Assembly (NCBI GenBank): GCA_965223325.1
Contig: CBDCWI010000002.1
Location: 4,224,001 to 4,288,000 of the forward strand
Origin: Candidatus Multivoradales bacterium
Lineage (GTDB): Bacteria; Acidobacteriota; Thermoanaerobaculia; Multivoradales; Multivoraceae
Length of the DNA: 64,000 nt
Direction: 5' to 3'
Shown: positions 47,459 through 57,689 of the stretch, in pieces
How the letters are laid out: each line of letters opens with the position of its first letter
How positions within the stretch are numbered: position 1 is the stretch's first letter
Made by a program: the position numbers and the translations under genes
Notes under the pieces: generated by a model
Databases searched by the model: none
What the model was told of the DNA's origin: nothing
The model's input: the letters and a program-made list of their open reading frames with translations, nothing else

Positions 47459-48037
47459 ATGAAGCGCGAAACCAGGAGTGCCCTCCTTTCAGCAGTCCTC
47501 GAGGCCGGGCTCGTCGTTCTCGGGGTGGTGCTGGCTCTGCTCGCCAACGAGTGGCGTCAGGACGTTGCGAATCGCAAGGCGGGCCGGATCGCCGTCGAGA
47601 GCGTAGTCGCTGAGTTGCGCTAGAATCGCGAGGCCCTTTCCGCGAGTCGCGAGTACCATGCAGGTTTGCAAGATTTGATCATCGGCGCCCTCGCGTCGGA
47701 GCGACTGCTCTCTCCCGGCGACTTTCCTCGTGGCTTCGTCAATGCCACGCCGACTTTCGATTCGGCGTGGCAAATGGCGCTGGCGACAGGTGCCCTCGAG
47801 CACGTTCCCTACCCAACCCGCCTCGAACTGTCGCGCCTCTACGCGCAGCAGGCACGCTACGAGAAACAGTCAGAACTGGTTGGAGGCCTGATCTATCAGG
47901 CTCTGTTCGAGGGCGGTGCCCAGGAGGTTGTCGGCCGCCCTCGATCCCTATTGACCCTGATCGCGACGTTCGTCTATCGCGAGGCGGCGCTCGAAGAGAG
48001 CTACGACGAGACACTGGCAATGCTCGAGTCCCTGTGA
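47459..48037 (+). pseudogene. Membrane-anchored hypothetical protein interrupted by an in-frame TAG (47621-47623)
   Basis: EAGLVVLGVVLALLANEW...VAELR*NREAL continues in the same frame into ORF 47666-48037. Confidence 0.7.
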
Positions 48038-48058
48038 GCGTCTGGCGCCTGGTGGTGT

Positions 48059-49153
48059 TCAGCGCATCGCACCGATACTGAGGCAGGTCTCGCACGAACG
48101 ATTGATACTGGTGAAGCCGATCAACTCGATCTCTTGCGACAGGTGCTCGGGCCGAACCGGTTCTTCAGTCATCAGCGCGGTGCTCAGATATTTCTTGTTG
48201 CTGTCTGGGAAGAGCGTCACCACGACGGCGTCGCTGTCCGATCGCGAACCCTCTGACAGCTCAGCCTGCGTCATGACGGCGCCGAGGAAGTTCGCGCCCG
48301 ACGAGATGCCCACCCCGAGCCCCAGTTCGGCGGCGAGTTTCTGCGCCATGAGGATGGCGTCGCCATCGTCGACGGCAATGACCTCGTCGAGCTCGTCGAG
48401 CTCGACGATGGGTGGGACGAACTCGTCAGAGATCCCCTGGATGCGATGCTGACCACTGTTGCGACCGATGGTGAGAATCGGCGAGTTGGCGGGTTCGAGA
48501 GGGTGGATCTTGATGCCGGGGAACCGGGAGCGCAGGTGCTTTCCGACCCCCATGACGGTGCCACCCGTCCCGACGCCGGCTATGAACGCCTGCGGCTCGA
48601 GATGATGCGCCCTGAGCTGGTAGTAGATCTCTGGGCCGGTCGTCGAGGCATGCGCTTCGCAGTTGTCCTGGTTGGCGAACTGCCGGGGGAGAAACGCTTT
48701 GGGCGTGTCTCTAGCGAGTTGCTCGGCTAGCTCGATACTGCCAATGAACCCGCCCTGGTCACGGCTCACCGAGTGAATCAGAGCGCCAAACGATCGAATC
48801 AGATTGCGGCGTTCTTCACTCATCCACTCGGGCATGAAGATCGCTACCGGGTGTCCCAGCGCTCGGCCGATCGCTGCAAAGGCAATGCCGGTGTTGCCAC
48901 TCGTCGCTTCGATGATCAGAGCCCCCGGCTCGAGGGCACCACGCTCATAGGCACGGCTGAGAATGTAGAGCGCCATGCGATCCTTGACGCTCCCGGTCAT
49001 GTTGAGAGCTTCGCTCTTGGCGTAGATCCGCCGCGCGATGCCGCGAAAGCGGTAGTCGATCGCCAACAGCGGCGTATTACCCACCAGCCTGCGGAGGCCG
49101 TGGAGTCGCATTCCCAGCAAGGTGTCGGGCTTGTGTTCGAGGCTGAAGGTCAC
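48059..49153 (-). CDS. Cysteine synthase family PLP enzyme (CysK/CysM-like)
   Basis: [45 protein letters not shown]; GTG 49153 with AGGGAG RBS. Confidence 0.92.
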   Translation of the reverse strand: MTFSLEHKPDTLLGMRLHGLRRLVGNTPLLAIDYRFRGIARRIYAKSEALNMTGSVKDRMALYILSRAYERGALEPGALIIEATSGNTGIAFAAIGRALGHPVAIFMPEWMSEERRNLIRSFGALIHSVSRDQGGFIGSIELAEQLARDTPKAFLPRQFANQDNCEAHASTTGPEIYYQLRAHHLEPQAFIAGVGTGGTVMGVGKHLRSRFPGIKIHPLEPANSPILTIGRNSGQHRIQGISDEFVPPIVELDELDEVIAVDDGDAILMAQKLAAELGLGVGISSGANFLGAVMTQAELSEGSRSDSDAVVVTLFPDSNKKYLSTALMTEEPVRPEHLSQEIELIGFTSINRSCETCLSIGAMR

Positions 49154-49340
49154 CGTCTTCTCCCTGAGCCTCCGTGGGCTCGTCTTCTCCCGAGCGTATG
49201 AAATCGGAGAGCCTTCTTGAAGCGAGCAGCCCGTGGCGGAGAGCCCCCGCGTGGTTCCAGGTCGTACTGTTGTTTCGTCGTTCCTGGCACCGTGGAAACT
49301 ACCTCGTTTGGCGTTTGTGGCTGCTTCCGCCCGCGGCTTC

Positions 49341-51158
49341 TCAGCCGGCGGCTTTCGCCTGCGTTTCGGTTTCTTCCAGCTCGGGCTCTCCCAGGTCACC
49401 CGCGACGGCTACCTGATAGTGGCTCTGCTCGTTGAGGACCAGCCTGGCGATGCGTTTGGCGAAGTAGTAGATCCGACGTAGAGCTTCGATCATCTCCACC
49501 TCGAGCCGAAACACGTCGACTCGATGAGATTCTTCCGCCGACAGACGATTCGCGATCTGTCCTTCGACCCTTTCGGAGAGGTGGTTGATCTGCTGCTTGG
49601 CTTCCACCACCGTTCGCGCCAGGGCACGGTCCTCAGTGGTCAAAGCGCGAGTCGCGGTTTCGAGAGCCCAACCGACTTTGTCGCCGAGCTCTTTCAGCAT
49701 CTGCTGGGTCGCCATGCTGAAGGTGACCCCGGATTCGGCACGACGATCTCCGATTCCGACCAGGTTGGTCTCGACTACGTCACCGATTCCTTCCAGATAG
49801 TTCGCAGCCGCCACATACACCGATAGGCGGCTGGACTGACCCGGTGTCACATCGACCGCAGAAACCTGGGAGATGTTCGACACTAGATCGATGTGGAGCT
49901 CATCGACTGCCGAATCCTTCGCCTCCAGCTGGCGCAGGTCCTGGGTGCTGCCGTTGAGAACTGGTTCGACCGCTTCGGAGTACAGCTCGACGGTTTTCTC
50001 TGACAGAGCCGCGAGCTCAGCTCGGACGACGTCGAGGGCCAGCGAGGGGGAATGGCGTAGCACGTCGTCGAGGGCGGTCCGTCGGCGGCGAGCCTGGCCT
50101 CGGGCCTGAAGCGGCCGATCGGGGATGAGACGTTCGACCAGACGAGCGATCAGAGGAGTAAAGCCGATGAAGGTCAACGTATTGGCGACATTGAAGATTG
50201 TGTGGGCATTGGCGATCTGGCGGGGGGTTTCGGCTCGTAGCTGCTCAATGCCGGCTAGCCCCTGGGCTTCCGGTGAAATCAGGCGGACAAAGTTCGCCAG
50301 GAGCGGAATCAGGCCCAGCCAGATCAAGACCCCCGAAGTGTTGAACAGGATGTGGACGGCAGCAGCACGCACGGCTTCCCGGGGCTTTCCGATGGAGGCC
50401 AAGAGCGCCGTGATGCAGGTGCCTATGTTGGCCCCGAACACCAGCGCGATGCCTGCCTCGAGGCTCAGCATTCCCTGACTGGCGAGCACGATGATGACGC
50501 CGGTGGTCGCCGACGAGCTCTGCACCAGAGCCGTGAAGAGGGAGCTGAACGCGACCGCCAGAATCGGATTGCTCAAACTGCTCATCACGTTGACGAACGG
50601 TTGGTACGAGACCAGAGGGCTCATCGACTCCTTCATCAGCTCCATGCCGAAAAAGATGAGGCCGAGGCCGAGGATGACGCTGCCGTACAGCTGGATGCGC
50701 TTGCTCCGTGAGATGTAGGAAACGAAGAAACCCACGGCCAGAAGCAACAGTGAGTACTTGGTTACCTTGAAGGCGATGATCTGGGCGGTGATCGTGGTTC
50801 CGATCTCGGCACCCATGATGATCGGGATCGATTGCGCCAGGGACAAGAGCCCAGCCGAGATGAAGCCGACCACGAGTACCGTGGTCACCGATGAGGACTG
50901 GATGGTGGCAGTGATCACCGCGCCAGCGACGACGCCCTTGAAGCGATTCGTTGTCATGCGGGCGAGGAAGCCCTTCATGCGATCGCCCGCAACCAGGCGC
51001 AGGGAGTCGGTCAGCTTGTCCATCCCATACAGGAACAGGGCGAGCCCCCCGAACAACCCCATCGCCAGCACCCCGAGCTCGAGCTGGTTGGGGCGATTCG
51101 GTACGACCTCGGCAGCCAAGAACACAGCTGGGGCGAAGCCAGGCATAGTCAAAGCCAT
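49341..51158 (-). CDS. Na/Pi cotransporter family protein with PhoU-like C-terminal domain
   Basis: QSSSVTT and QSSSATT repeats, GAEIGTT / [14 protein letters not shown]. Confidence 0.92.
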   Translation of the reverse strand: MALTMPGFAPAVFLAAEVVPNRPNQLELGVLAMGLFGGLALFLYGMDKLTDSLRLVAGDRMKGFLARMTTNRFKGVVAGAVITATIQSSSVTTVLVVGFISAGLLSLAQSIPIIMGAEIGTTITAQIIAFKVTKYSLLLLAVGFFVSYISRSKRIQLYGSVILGLGLIFFGMELMKESMSPLVSYQPFVNVMSSLSNPILAVAFSSLFTALVQSSSATTGVIIVLASQGMLSLEAGIALVFGANIGTCITALLASIGKPREAVRAAAVHILFNTSGVLIWLGLIPLLANFVRLISPEAQGLAGIEQLRAETPRQIANAHTIFNVANTLTFIGFTPLIARLVERLIPDRPLQARGQARRRRTALDDVLRHSPSLALDVVRAELAALSEKTVELYSEAVEPVLNGSTQDLRQLEAKDSAVDELHIDLVSNISQVSAVDVTPGQSSRLSVYVAAANYLEGIGDVVETNLVGIGDRRAESGVTFSMATQQMLKELGDKVGWALETATRALTTEDRALARTVVEAKQQINHLSERVEGQIANRLSAEESHRVDVFRLEVEMIEALRRIYYFAKRIARLVLNEQSHYQVAVAGDLGEPELEETETQAKAAG

Positions 51159-51685
51159 TCGCTTTGATCCTTGATCACGGCGACAGCGATCTTCGTACCG
51201 TTTAGGATCTGCTCGGCTTTCGAGCCCACGATCAACCCTGACAAACCGGAGCGGCCATGACTCCCCACTACGATGAGACTGGCACCGATCTCCTCCGCCA
51301 CCTCTAGAATTCGAGGCCCCGGCCGACCCTCTACCAGCCGGCTTTTCCAGTTCACCGATCCCATCAGGTTGGGGTGGTGGTCCTGCAGGAAGATCAGGAA
51401 CCTCTCCAGGACTTCGGCGGCGGCGGCGGCCTGGTCCATGAGCCTCAGCTTTGCTGGCCTCGTTTCGTCTTTGGTTAGAACCTTCAGATAAGAGCCTGGA
51501 TCCTCGGCTGGATCATGCACGACATGCAGAATCAAGAGAGGTCTTTCGAAGTGTCTCGCAGCCAAGAGTGCCCAGACCGCACTCGGCACCGAATTCGGAG
51601 AGAAATCCACCGGAGCGAGGATCGGACCCCGCTCGGAACCCTCGGCTGTTGCTCTCTCGGACGCCATTGGCACTTCTACCCCCAA
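51149..51685 (-). CDS. Universal stress protein (UspA family)
   Basis: ILAPVDFS...LIVVGSHGRSG...GSKAE. Confidence 0.88.
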   Translation of the reverse strand: MGVEVPMASERATAEGSERGPILAPVDFSPNSVPSAVWALLAARHFERPLLILHVVHDPAEDPGSYLKVLTKDETRPAKLRLMDQAAAAAEVLERFLIFLQDHHPNLMGSVNWKSRLVEGRPGPRILEVAEEIGASLIVVGSHGRSGLSGLIVGSKAEQILNGTKIAVAVIKDQSEWL

Positions 51686-51839
51686 GCTTCATCAAACCCT
51701 CACTTCAGTCACACTAGCTCAGCCTAGACTGCTTCAGTGCTGAGGAAGCCTCAGGCAAGCGGCTGTTCCTGTCTTCAAGGGGTGTAGCCCTGGAGCGTTA
51801 GACGTTGGTTGGCGGGCGGACAACTCTAGGTATTGTGAG

Positions 51840-52568
51840 TTGATGGAGGAAAGTGAACGGCAGCGACGCCGGCGCGCGCGCAGACGTGCCCGCAGGCTGC
51901 GAACGCTGGCGAAGCTAGTGATGTTGCTCGCCGCGGTCTTCCTTTACCTCCGCTTCGCCCCTGACAGCTACAACATCGCCCGGCCACTCGACCTCGAGGA
52001 CCGTCCAACCTTCGTTACCGGGTGGAAGCTCCAGCTCGCTACCGACAACCGCTGCTACGACGCGTTGCGGCGTGCTGGGATTCGGGTCGAGCGCCTGCCC
52101 GACGCCAGAATGGACCGCGGCTGTTCGTTCGATGGTGTCGCCTCGCTCCAGCAATCCAATATCTCTTGGGGCGGCAATGTCACCCTCCGTTGCCCGATGC
52201 TGGCCGGTCTGGTGATGTGGGAGTTGCATGTGCTGCAGCCTGAAGCCGAGCGGCTCCTTGGAACCCAGGTCCAGCGGGTAGAGCACTACGGCACGTATTC
52301 CTGCCGCAACATCAACAACGCCAAGCACGGCCGGCGCTCAGAACACGCGACAGCCAACGCGGTCGATATCGCCGGTTTCGTCCTGGCCGATGGGCGCCGC
52401 ATCAGCGTCCAGGGCGACTGGGGCAAGCGCACCGCCGAAGGAAAGTTCCTCGAGCGCGTGCGCGACAAAGCCTGCAAGCGCTTCAACACGGTCCTAAGCC
52501 CCGACTACAACTCCCTCCACTACGACCATTTTCACTTCGACAATGGCGAGTACGAGTCGTGTAGCTGA
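51840..52568 (+). CDS. Extensin-like C-terminal domain protein
   Basis: HYGTYSCR, SEHATANAVDI, LSPDYNSLHYDHFHFD; N-terminal TM helix. Confidence 0.88.
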   Translation: MMEESERQRRRRARRRARRLRTLAKLVMLLAAVFLYLRFAPDSYNIARPLDLEDRPTFVTGWKLQLATDNRCYDALRRAGIRVERLPDARMDRGCSFDGVASLQQSNISWGGNVTLRCPMLAGLVMWELHVLQPEAERLLGTQVQRVEHYGTYSCRNINNAKHGRRSEHATANAVDIAGFVLADGRRISVQGDWGKRTAEGKFLERVRDKACKRFNTVLSPDYNSLHYDHFHFDNGEYESCS

Positions 52569-52585
52569 TGGAACCTTAGGGGCTG

Positions 52586-54271
52586 CTAGCTCTGCCAGAT
52601 CACCTTCTCTCCTGAGGCGTACCAGCCGTCCAGGAGCGGTGCGTACTGTTCTTCGAGAACGTTTCTCTTGATCTTCAGGGTTGGAGTCAGCTGCCCGCCC
52701 TCGACGGTCCATGGCTGGTTGGCCACCACCAGGAACTCCATGCGTTCGTAGATGGGGAGCTCAGCGTTGACGCGTTCGAGCAATTCTTCGAGAGCGCTTG
52801 TGACCTGTTTGCGGATCGAGTCGTTTTCGGCCTTCGCCGTCCATTCTTCAGCGAGCTGCAAGACGGCGTGCGTTGCGGGCCGGCCACTGCCGGCGACGCA
52901 TGAGAGCTCGATATGGCTGTCGACGTTGAGCAGGTTTTCGATGGGGACCGGGGCGACGTACTTTCCCTTGCTGGTCTTGAACAGGTCTTTGACGCGACCG
53001 GTGATGCGCAGGCGGCCCTCATCGTCGATCTCGCCGCGGTCGCCGGTCTTGAGGTAGCCGTCAGCGGTGAAGGTGGCCTTGGTTTGTTCCTCCTGTTTGA
53101 AGTAGCCGACCATGTTGCCCGGGCTCCTGACCAGGATCTCACCCTCCTCGCTGATCTCGCAGTCGACCCCTGGATGAGCCTGGCCAACGTAGCCGGGGCG
53201 CGCGCTGCCGGGCAGGGTCAGGTGCGAGTAGTTGAAGTTCTCGCTCATGCCGTAGCCCTCGAGCAGCTCGAGGCCGAGGTTTCGATACCAGGCGATGAGC
53301 TCGGCGGGGATCGGTGCGGAGCCGCTGCCGGCGAAGCGCACCGCGTCGAGACCGAGATTGGCGAGGATCTTCTTCTTGACGATGCCGGAGACGACGGGGA
53401 TCGTGAGCAGTCGGTTGAGTTTTCTCTCGGGCATCTTGCCGAAGACGGCGAGCTGAAACTTGAGCCACAGCCTGGGGACCGAAACGAAAAGCGTCGGGCG
53501 CGCACGCTTGAGGTCGGCCTGGAAGGTGTCGATACTCTCGTTGAAATACACGTGCGAGCCGGCGTACATCGAGACGCACTCCGAGAGCCAGCGATCCATG
53601 GCATGGGCGAGCGGCAGGTAGGAGAGCGCCCGATCGTGACGGGTGATCGAGAGGGTCTTTGTGAGGTCGCGGGTTGGCAGAGAGATGGTGCGGAAGTTGT
53701 GCAGCACTCCCTTCGGCTTGCCGGTACTGCCCGAGGTGTAGATCACCAGCGCAAGGTCTTCAGCTGCACGAACCGGGTCGCTTTCGATGGGCTCATGCGC
53801 AGCGACGATGTCGTCCCATTTCGCGTAGTCGTTCTCGGGTGCCAGGGGAAAGGCGATCTTGGGAAGTTCGTCGGGTACGCCAGGCGCGAGTTGGGCCCAG
53901 GAGTCGAGCTTGCCAACGAAGAGCAGCCGGGCGTCGCTGTGCTCGAGGATGTAGCCCGCCGTGTCGGCGGTCAGGGTGGGGTAGAGCGCCACCGAAATGT
54001 GCCCCGCCATCCAGATCGCCAGATCTGCCATGAAGAAGTGAGCGCAGTTCTGGGTGACGATGGCAACGCTCGACTGCGGTGGCAAGTCGAGCGTGCGCAG
54101 GTAGGCGGTCATGCACTTCGCTTCGCGAAGTGTCTCGCCGAAGGTGTAGTCACGAACCGTACCGTTGCCGACCGGCTGGGTCAGGTAGACGTCGTCTGGG
54201 CGCTTTCGGGCGTGCTGGTAGAAACGCTCCAGGAGGAGCTCTTCCTGCGTGATTGTTGTTTCGGTTGTCAT
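52586..54271 (-). CDS. Long-chain fatty acid-CoA ligase (AMP-binding)
   Basis: YTSGSTGKPKG, EGYGMSE, TGDRG, GRVKD, LTPTLKIKR. Confidence 0.93.
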   Translation of the reverse strand: MTTETTITQEELLLERFYQHARKRPDDVYLTQPVGNGTVRDYTFGETLREAKCMTAYLRTLDLPPQSSVAIVTQNCAHFFMADLAIWMAGHISVALYPTLTADTAGYILEHSDARLLFVGKLDSWAQLAPGVPDELPKIAFPLAPENDYAKWDDIVAAHEPIESDPVRAAEDLALVIYTSGSTGKPKGVLHNFRTISLPTRDLTKTLSITRHDRALSYLPLAHAMDRWLSECVSMYAGSHVYFNESIDTFQADLKRARPTLFVSVPRLWLKFQLAVFGKMPERKLNRLLTIPVVSGIVKKKILANLGLDAVRFAGSGSAPIPAELIAWYRNLGLELLEGYGMSENFNYSHLTLPGSARPGYVGQAHPGVDCEISEEGEILVRSPGNMVGYFKQEEQTKATFTADGYLKTGDRGEIDDEGRLRITGRVKDLFKTSKGKYVAPVPIENLLNVDSHIELSCVAGSGRPATHAVLQLAEEWTAKAENDSIRKQVTSALEELLERVNAELPIYERMEFLVVANQPWTVEGGQLTPTLKIKRNVLEEQYAPLLDGWYASGEKVIWQS

Positions 54272-54360
54272 GCGCCTCTATCTTCTGGGCCGAGCATCAA
54301 CTGTGGGCCGAACGTTGGCCCCCGAGCCTATCGAGTCGAAGCGCCGAAACCGATCGGGTG

Positions 54361-55473
54361 CTATCTACCCTTTTTGGCCCGCCGCTCGAGCTCCTCTTTC
54401 TCCAACAGACGAGCGCCGCGCAGGACGTTGGGCATTGCGTAGTTGCCCTCGTGGCAGGCGTACTCATAGACCTTGTCGTTGCTTGCGCGCCAGATGTATT
54501 CGCCGGTCCAGGGTGCCGTCCACACCGTGTCGTCTTCGACGGTGAACTTATAAAGCACGTTGCCGTCGTGCTGCATGGTGAAGCGTTCGACGACGTGCAG
54601 GTTCTCCGAGCCGCCGCGCATCGAAGCCTCCGGGTGAAAGTTGGTGGTGTCGACGACCAGGGTGTCGCCCTCCCACCAGCCGATCGAGTCGCCGAGCCAC
54701 CTTTTGACTTCTGGTCCCGGGTGTTCGGAGTGGAGCCGCACGATGCGCGCATCATGAACCATCTCAATGAGAATCATTACGTGGTCTTCGGTCTGAATGA
54801 TTCTCTTGAAGTTGTTGTAGAGGCTGGGGAGCGTTGGCGTCGCACCGGTGAAGCCGAGCATGCAGCGCTCGCTCATCGCCAGCGACTCGGGGCCGTCATA
54901 GGGTCCTGGGCCCTCTTGGTCGATCCACCAGGCGGTGCCATCGTTGGGGCGCAGGAAACTGCCGTAGCGCGCCATCATCTCTTTCATCGCGGCCGGTGTC
55001 ATGGGTGGCATGCGGCCGTTCGGCGGGTCGGTGATGATCGACGTCGGGATCTCGCCGTCGATGGCGAAGGCGTCGGTGCCGCGGTCGATCCAGAACAGGT
55101 TGTAGCCGCCGACGTTGCCGGCGCCGAAGTCGTTGCCGCCGGTCTCCGTATCTTCGAGCCCGACGACTGCCGCACCGCCGGGAGGTGGTGCCTCACGGTT
55201 GGCGTCAGATCGTTGGAGCCCTTTAGCGACCAGGGCCGCTTCTTCGGCTGCCAGCGCCTCGGCCTCCTCGCGAGAGAGAAAGGCCTTCTCGCCGAGAGCG
55301 ATCGGGCGCTCGAGGGGAGTCAAGGTGGCGGCGTCGTAGGTGCCAGTCAGGTCGGGGTGTCCGGTCGCTGTGCGCCGGATGCCGTCGTCCTGGGCGGCGA
55401 GGGAAGGGGAGAGGACAGACGCGCACACCGCCACCAGTGCCGATGCGCAGAAGTAGGTTGCGATTCGCTTCAT
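54361..55473 (-). CDS. Conserved secreted hypothetical protein (PDLTG...EYACHEGN family)
   Basis: Signal peptide, GHPDLTGTY, GDSIGWWEGDTLVVDTTNF, YEYACHEGNY. Confidence 0.8.
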   Translation of the reverse strand: MKRIATYFCASALVAVCASVLSPSLAAQDDGIRRTATGHPDLTGTYDAATLTPLERPIALGEKAFLSREEAEALAAEEAALVAKGLQRSDANREAPPPGGAAVVGLEDTETGGNDFGAGNVGGYNLFWIDRGTDAFAIDGEIPTSIITDPPNGRMPPMTPAAMKEMMARYGSFLRPNDGTAWWIDQEGPGPYDGPESLAMSERCMLGFTGATPTLPSLYNNFKRIIQTEDHVMILIEMVHDARIVRLHSEHPGPEVKRWLGDSIGWWEGDTLVVDTTNFHPEASMRGGSENLHVVERFTMQHDGNVLYKFTVEDDTVWTAPWTGEYIWRASNDKVYEYACHEGNYAMPNVLRGARLLEKEELERRAKKGR

Positions 55474-55650
55474 CGGGGCATTGCTCCTTTCGTTCTTTCC
55501 GACAGTGTACCTGGGGCTCAGGGGAAAGAGCCCTGGCGAGGTGCCGAGGCCCATCGAACCGGCAGTCAGAAGGATCCTCGAGAGAGTCGAGAAAGGCGAG
55601 CGGCCGGCCTGCTCCTGCGGGAATAAGCCGACTCGCTCGTCCCCTTGCCC

Positions 55651-56558
55651 TCAGGGGGCGACCACGAACTTTCTCGAGAAGCTCCGCGTGTTGCCAGCTG
55701 CGTCGGTGGCGTGAACCACCAGAGTGTGTTGCCCTGGCGGGAGTCGATCAGCCTGGAGGACGGCACGGAAACCGACCGTCGGGCACCTGGGGTCGCCGAT
55801 TGCCGCGTGGACAGAGCAGACATCGCCGCGTGAGACCGGGAGGACGTCCGAAAACGCCGCCCCAGAGCCATTGACCGTCATCCGTATGTTGTTGACGCCA
55901 GAAGCGTCCACCGCCCATCCAGAGACCGTGAAGTCGCCGCTGATCTCTTGCTGATGACTGGGGTAGTCAACCCACACCGTTGGCGCGACGCTCTCGCTGA
56001 CCTTCTGGACCTGAATGAGCCGCGAATGGCCAAGAAGTTGCCGTTCTCGTCGACTGCCGACAACTTGAACCAGTGAGCGCCGTTCGGCAGTCTGGTTGTG
56101 TCGATCGTCGATTGCCAGCCCACCATCGGGCAGCGCGGATCGTGTGTGTTGCTGAAGTAGGCGCAGACATCCGGTCGACTGACCGCCCGAACTGGACCGG
56201 CCGCCCCAGTAGTGCCGACCTCGACTGTGACCGAGGAAACGCCGGAGGCGTCGATGGCCCAGCCGTAGGCCTCGAACGTTCCGCTGACGGTCTGGTCCCA
56301 GACGGTGATTTCGTCGGTCGACGGATCGGCGGTGCCGTAGAGAGGATGATCCGTGTCGCTGTTCATCTCGGGATCACAGGCTCCTTGTGCGAAGGCAGCG
56401 GTTGAATCGAGGAGCGCGAGTCCCAGGGCCAGGAGAGGGAGTAGTACCCGGGGGAATCTCGCGGTGCGGTCACAGGAGCGCTGGCGAAGTCGCTGGCTGG
56501 TAAAGCGATCGTCGGTCGTCGAAGGGCGGATGGAGAGGCGAAGGGTCAGCCCCTTCAC
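55651..56558 (-). pseudogene. Secreted protein with two tandem Ig-like domains, split by a frameshift near 56030
   Basis: ORFs 55878-56558 and 55651-55977 each carry GWAxDASGV...SRxDVC...DPRCPxVG...RLPxGxH...DxxGN; they join with one added base. Confidence 0.75.
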
Positions 56559-57289
56559 TGTGCGTCGCCCTCACCAACCTGCAATGCGCGGGCCTTGGCG
56601 GCCACGTCCTCTAACTCGTGCTGCTTCCCGTCGGTGAGCGTCAAGCGGCCCTCTTCGTCGAGAGGTACCACCGCCTGCGCGTAGTAGTAGGACTCGAAAC
56701 CGGCGCGCTGTTGAAAGCCCAGCATCGCGACACGGTCGCCGACTTTAGGTTGATACCGACCGGGGAGCGGATCTGTGCACACCACCGTACCGTCCAGTGC
56801 GAAACGGCCACCGCGCTCGAGGTAGTAGACAGCCAGTCCGCCCGTCTGATTCCCTTCGAGGGAAAGTGCGGGGTCCTCGAGTGTCAACTCGACGCGCCGC
56901 ACGACGCGTTGATGGCGCGGGTCGAGCCCCGTCACAACGTCGGTGACCGTTGCCCCCGAGACCAGAGATGCTTCGCTGAGCACTCTCTCGAGTTCCGAGG
57001 AGGGCAGCGAGAAGCGCCTGGGCTCATGGACCAGCTTGGCTCCCTCTATGCAAGCCGTCGCCTTCGAGGCACGAGCCGCAGCAGATCGCTCGATGAGCAA
57101 CTGGCGGGTGGCGTCGTCGCTGGCGAGCTCGTTCTCGGAAACGAACGCGTCTGCTGGCACCTGGGCCGCGGCTGTGACTCCTGCCCCGCATGACAGGAAG
57201 ACAAGCGCCAAGCCGGCGATGGCCCGGGTAATCGTTCGGTGGTGGGTCTGGAGCCGCCGCGGGTTCCAGGGTGTTCTCGACATCTTCAT
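56555..57289 (-). CDS. Secreted hypothetical protein
   Basis: GGAG RBS, signal-like hydrophobic segment, GTGA overlap with the Ig-like gene. Confidence 0.6.
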   Translation of the reverse strand: MKMSRTPWNPRRLQTHHRTITRAIAGLALVFLSCGAGVTAAAQVPADAFVSENELASDDATRQLLIERSAAARASKATACIEGAKLVHEPRRFSLPSSELERVLSEASLVSGATVTDVVTGLDPRHQRVVRRVELTLEDPALSLEGNQTGGLAVYYLERGGRFALDGTVVCTDPLPGRYQPKVGDRVAMLGFQQRAGFESYYYAQAVVPLDEEGRLTLTDGKQHELEDVAAKARALQVGEGDAQ

Positions 57290-57689
57290 GACTTCTCCCA
57301 ACAAAGTGAATCTTCTTCTTCGTGGGGTTCCGACATGAGGAGCGCGTGACCGGCCTGGCGGCAGGTTCGTTTGCGGAAAACGCACTATGAAGCCGCGCTA
57401 AACAAGATCGGTGATCCTAGCAGCATGGGCTCGCAGCCGACGAAACTCAGGGCCTGGCCAGAGCGCTGTGACCAGGGTGCGACCCTCTGCGAACACTGGG
57501 TCGCGTGCCGGGACGCCGCTTCGGATGGGGGAGGTTGGGCACCACTTTCGAGCATCGAGCACGGCTCGCCGGTTCGAGTTGGCGCTCGACCTTCCGGCGG
57601 AGTTCGCCGAAGTGGGAGCTTCCCGTCCACCCCGACCTCTGGGGACCTGGGCGTAGACTGGCGGTGGACAACCACCAGGGAGACCCGTC

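Noticed and set aside
47621-47623. Pyrrolysine or stop-codon reassignment
   Set aside because: TAG is used as a normal stop by many genes here, and no pyl genes are visible.
52913-55626. Long plus-strand ORFs 52913-54442 and 54253-55626
   Set aside because: Antisense shadows of the acyl-CoA ligase and the conserved secreted protein; no motifs; expected in high-GC DNA.
57290-57689. Structured RNA or tRNA in the 400-bp divergent intergenic region (contains GGTTCGAG)
   Set aside because: No cloverleaf or recognisable riboswitch core could be built by eye; an Rfam scan would be needed.
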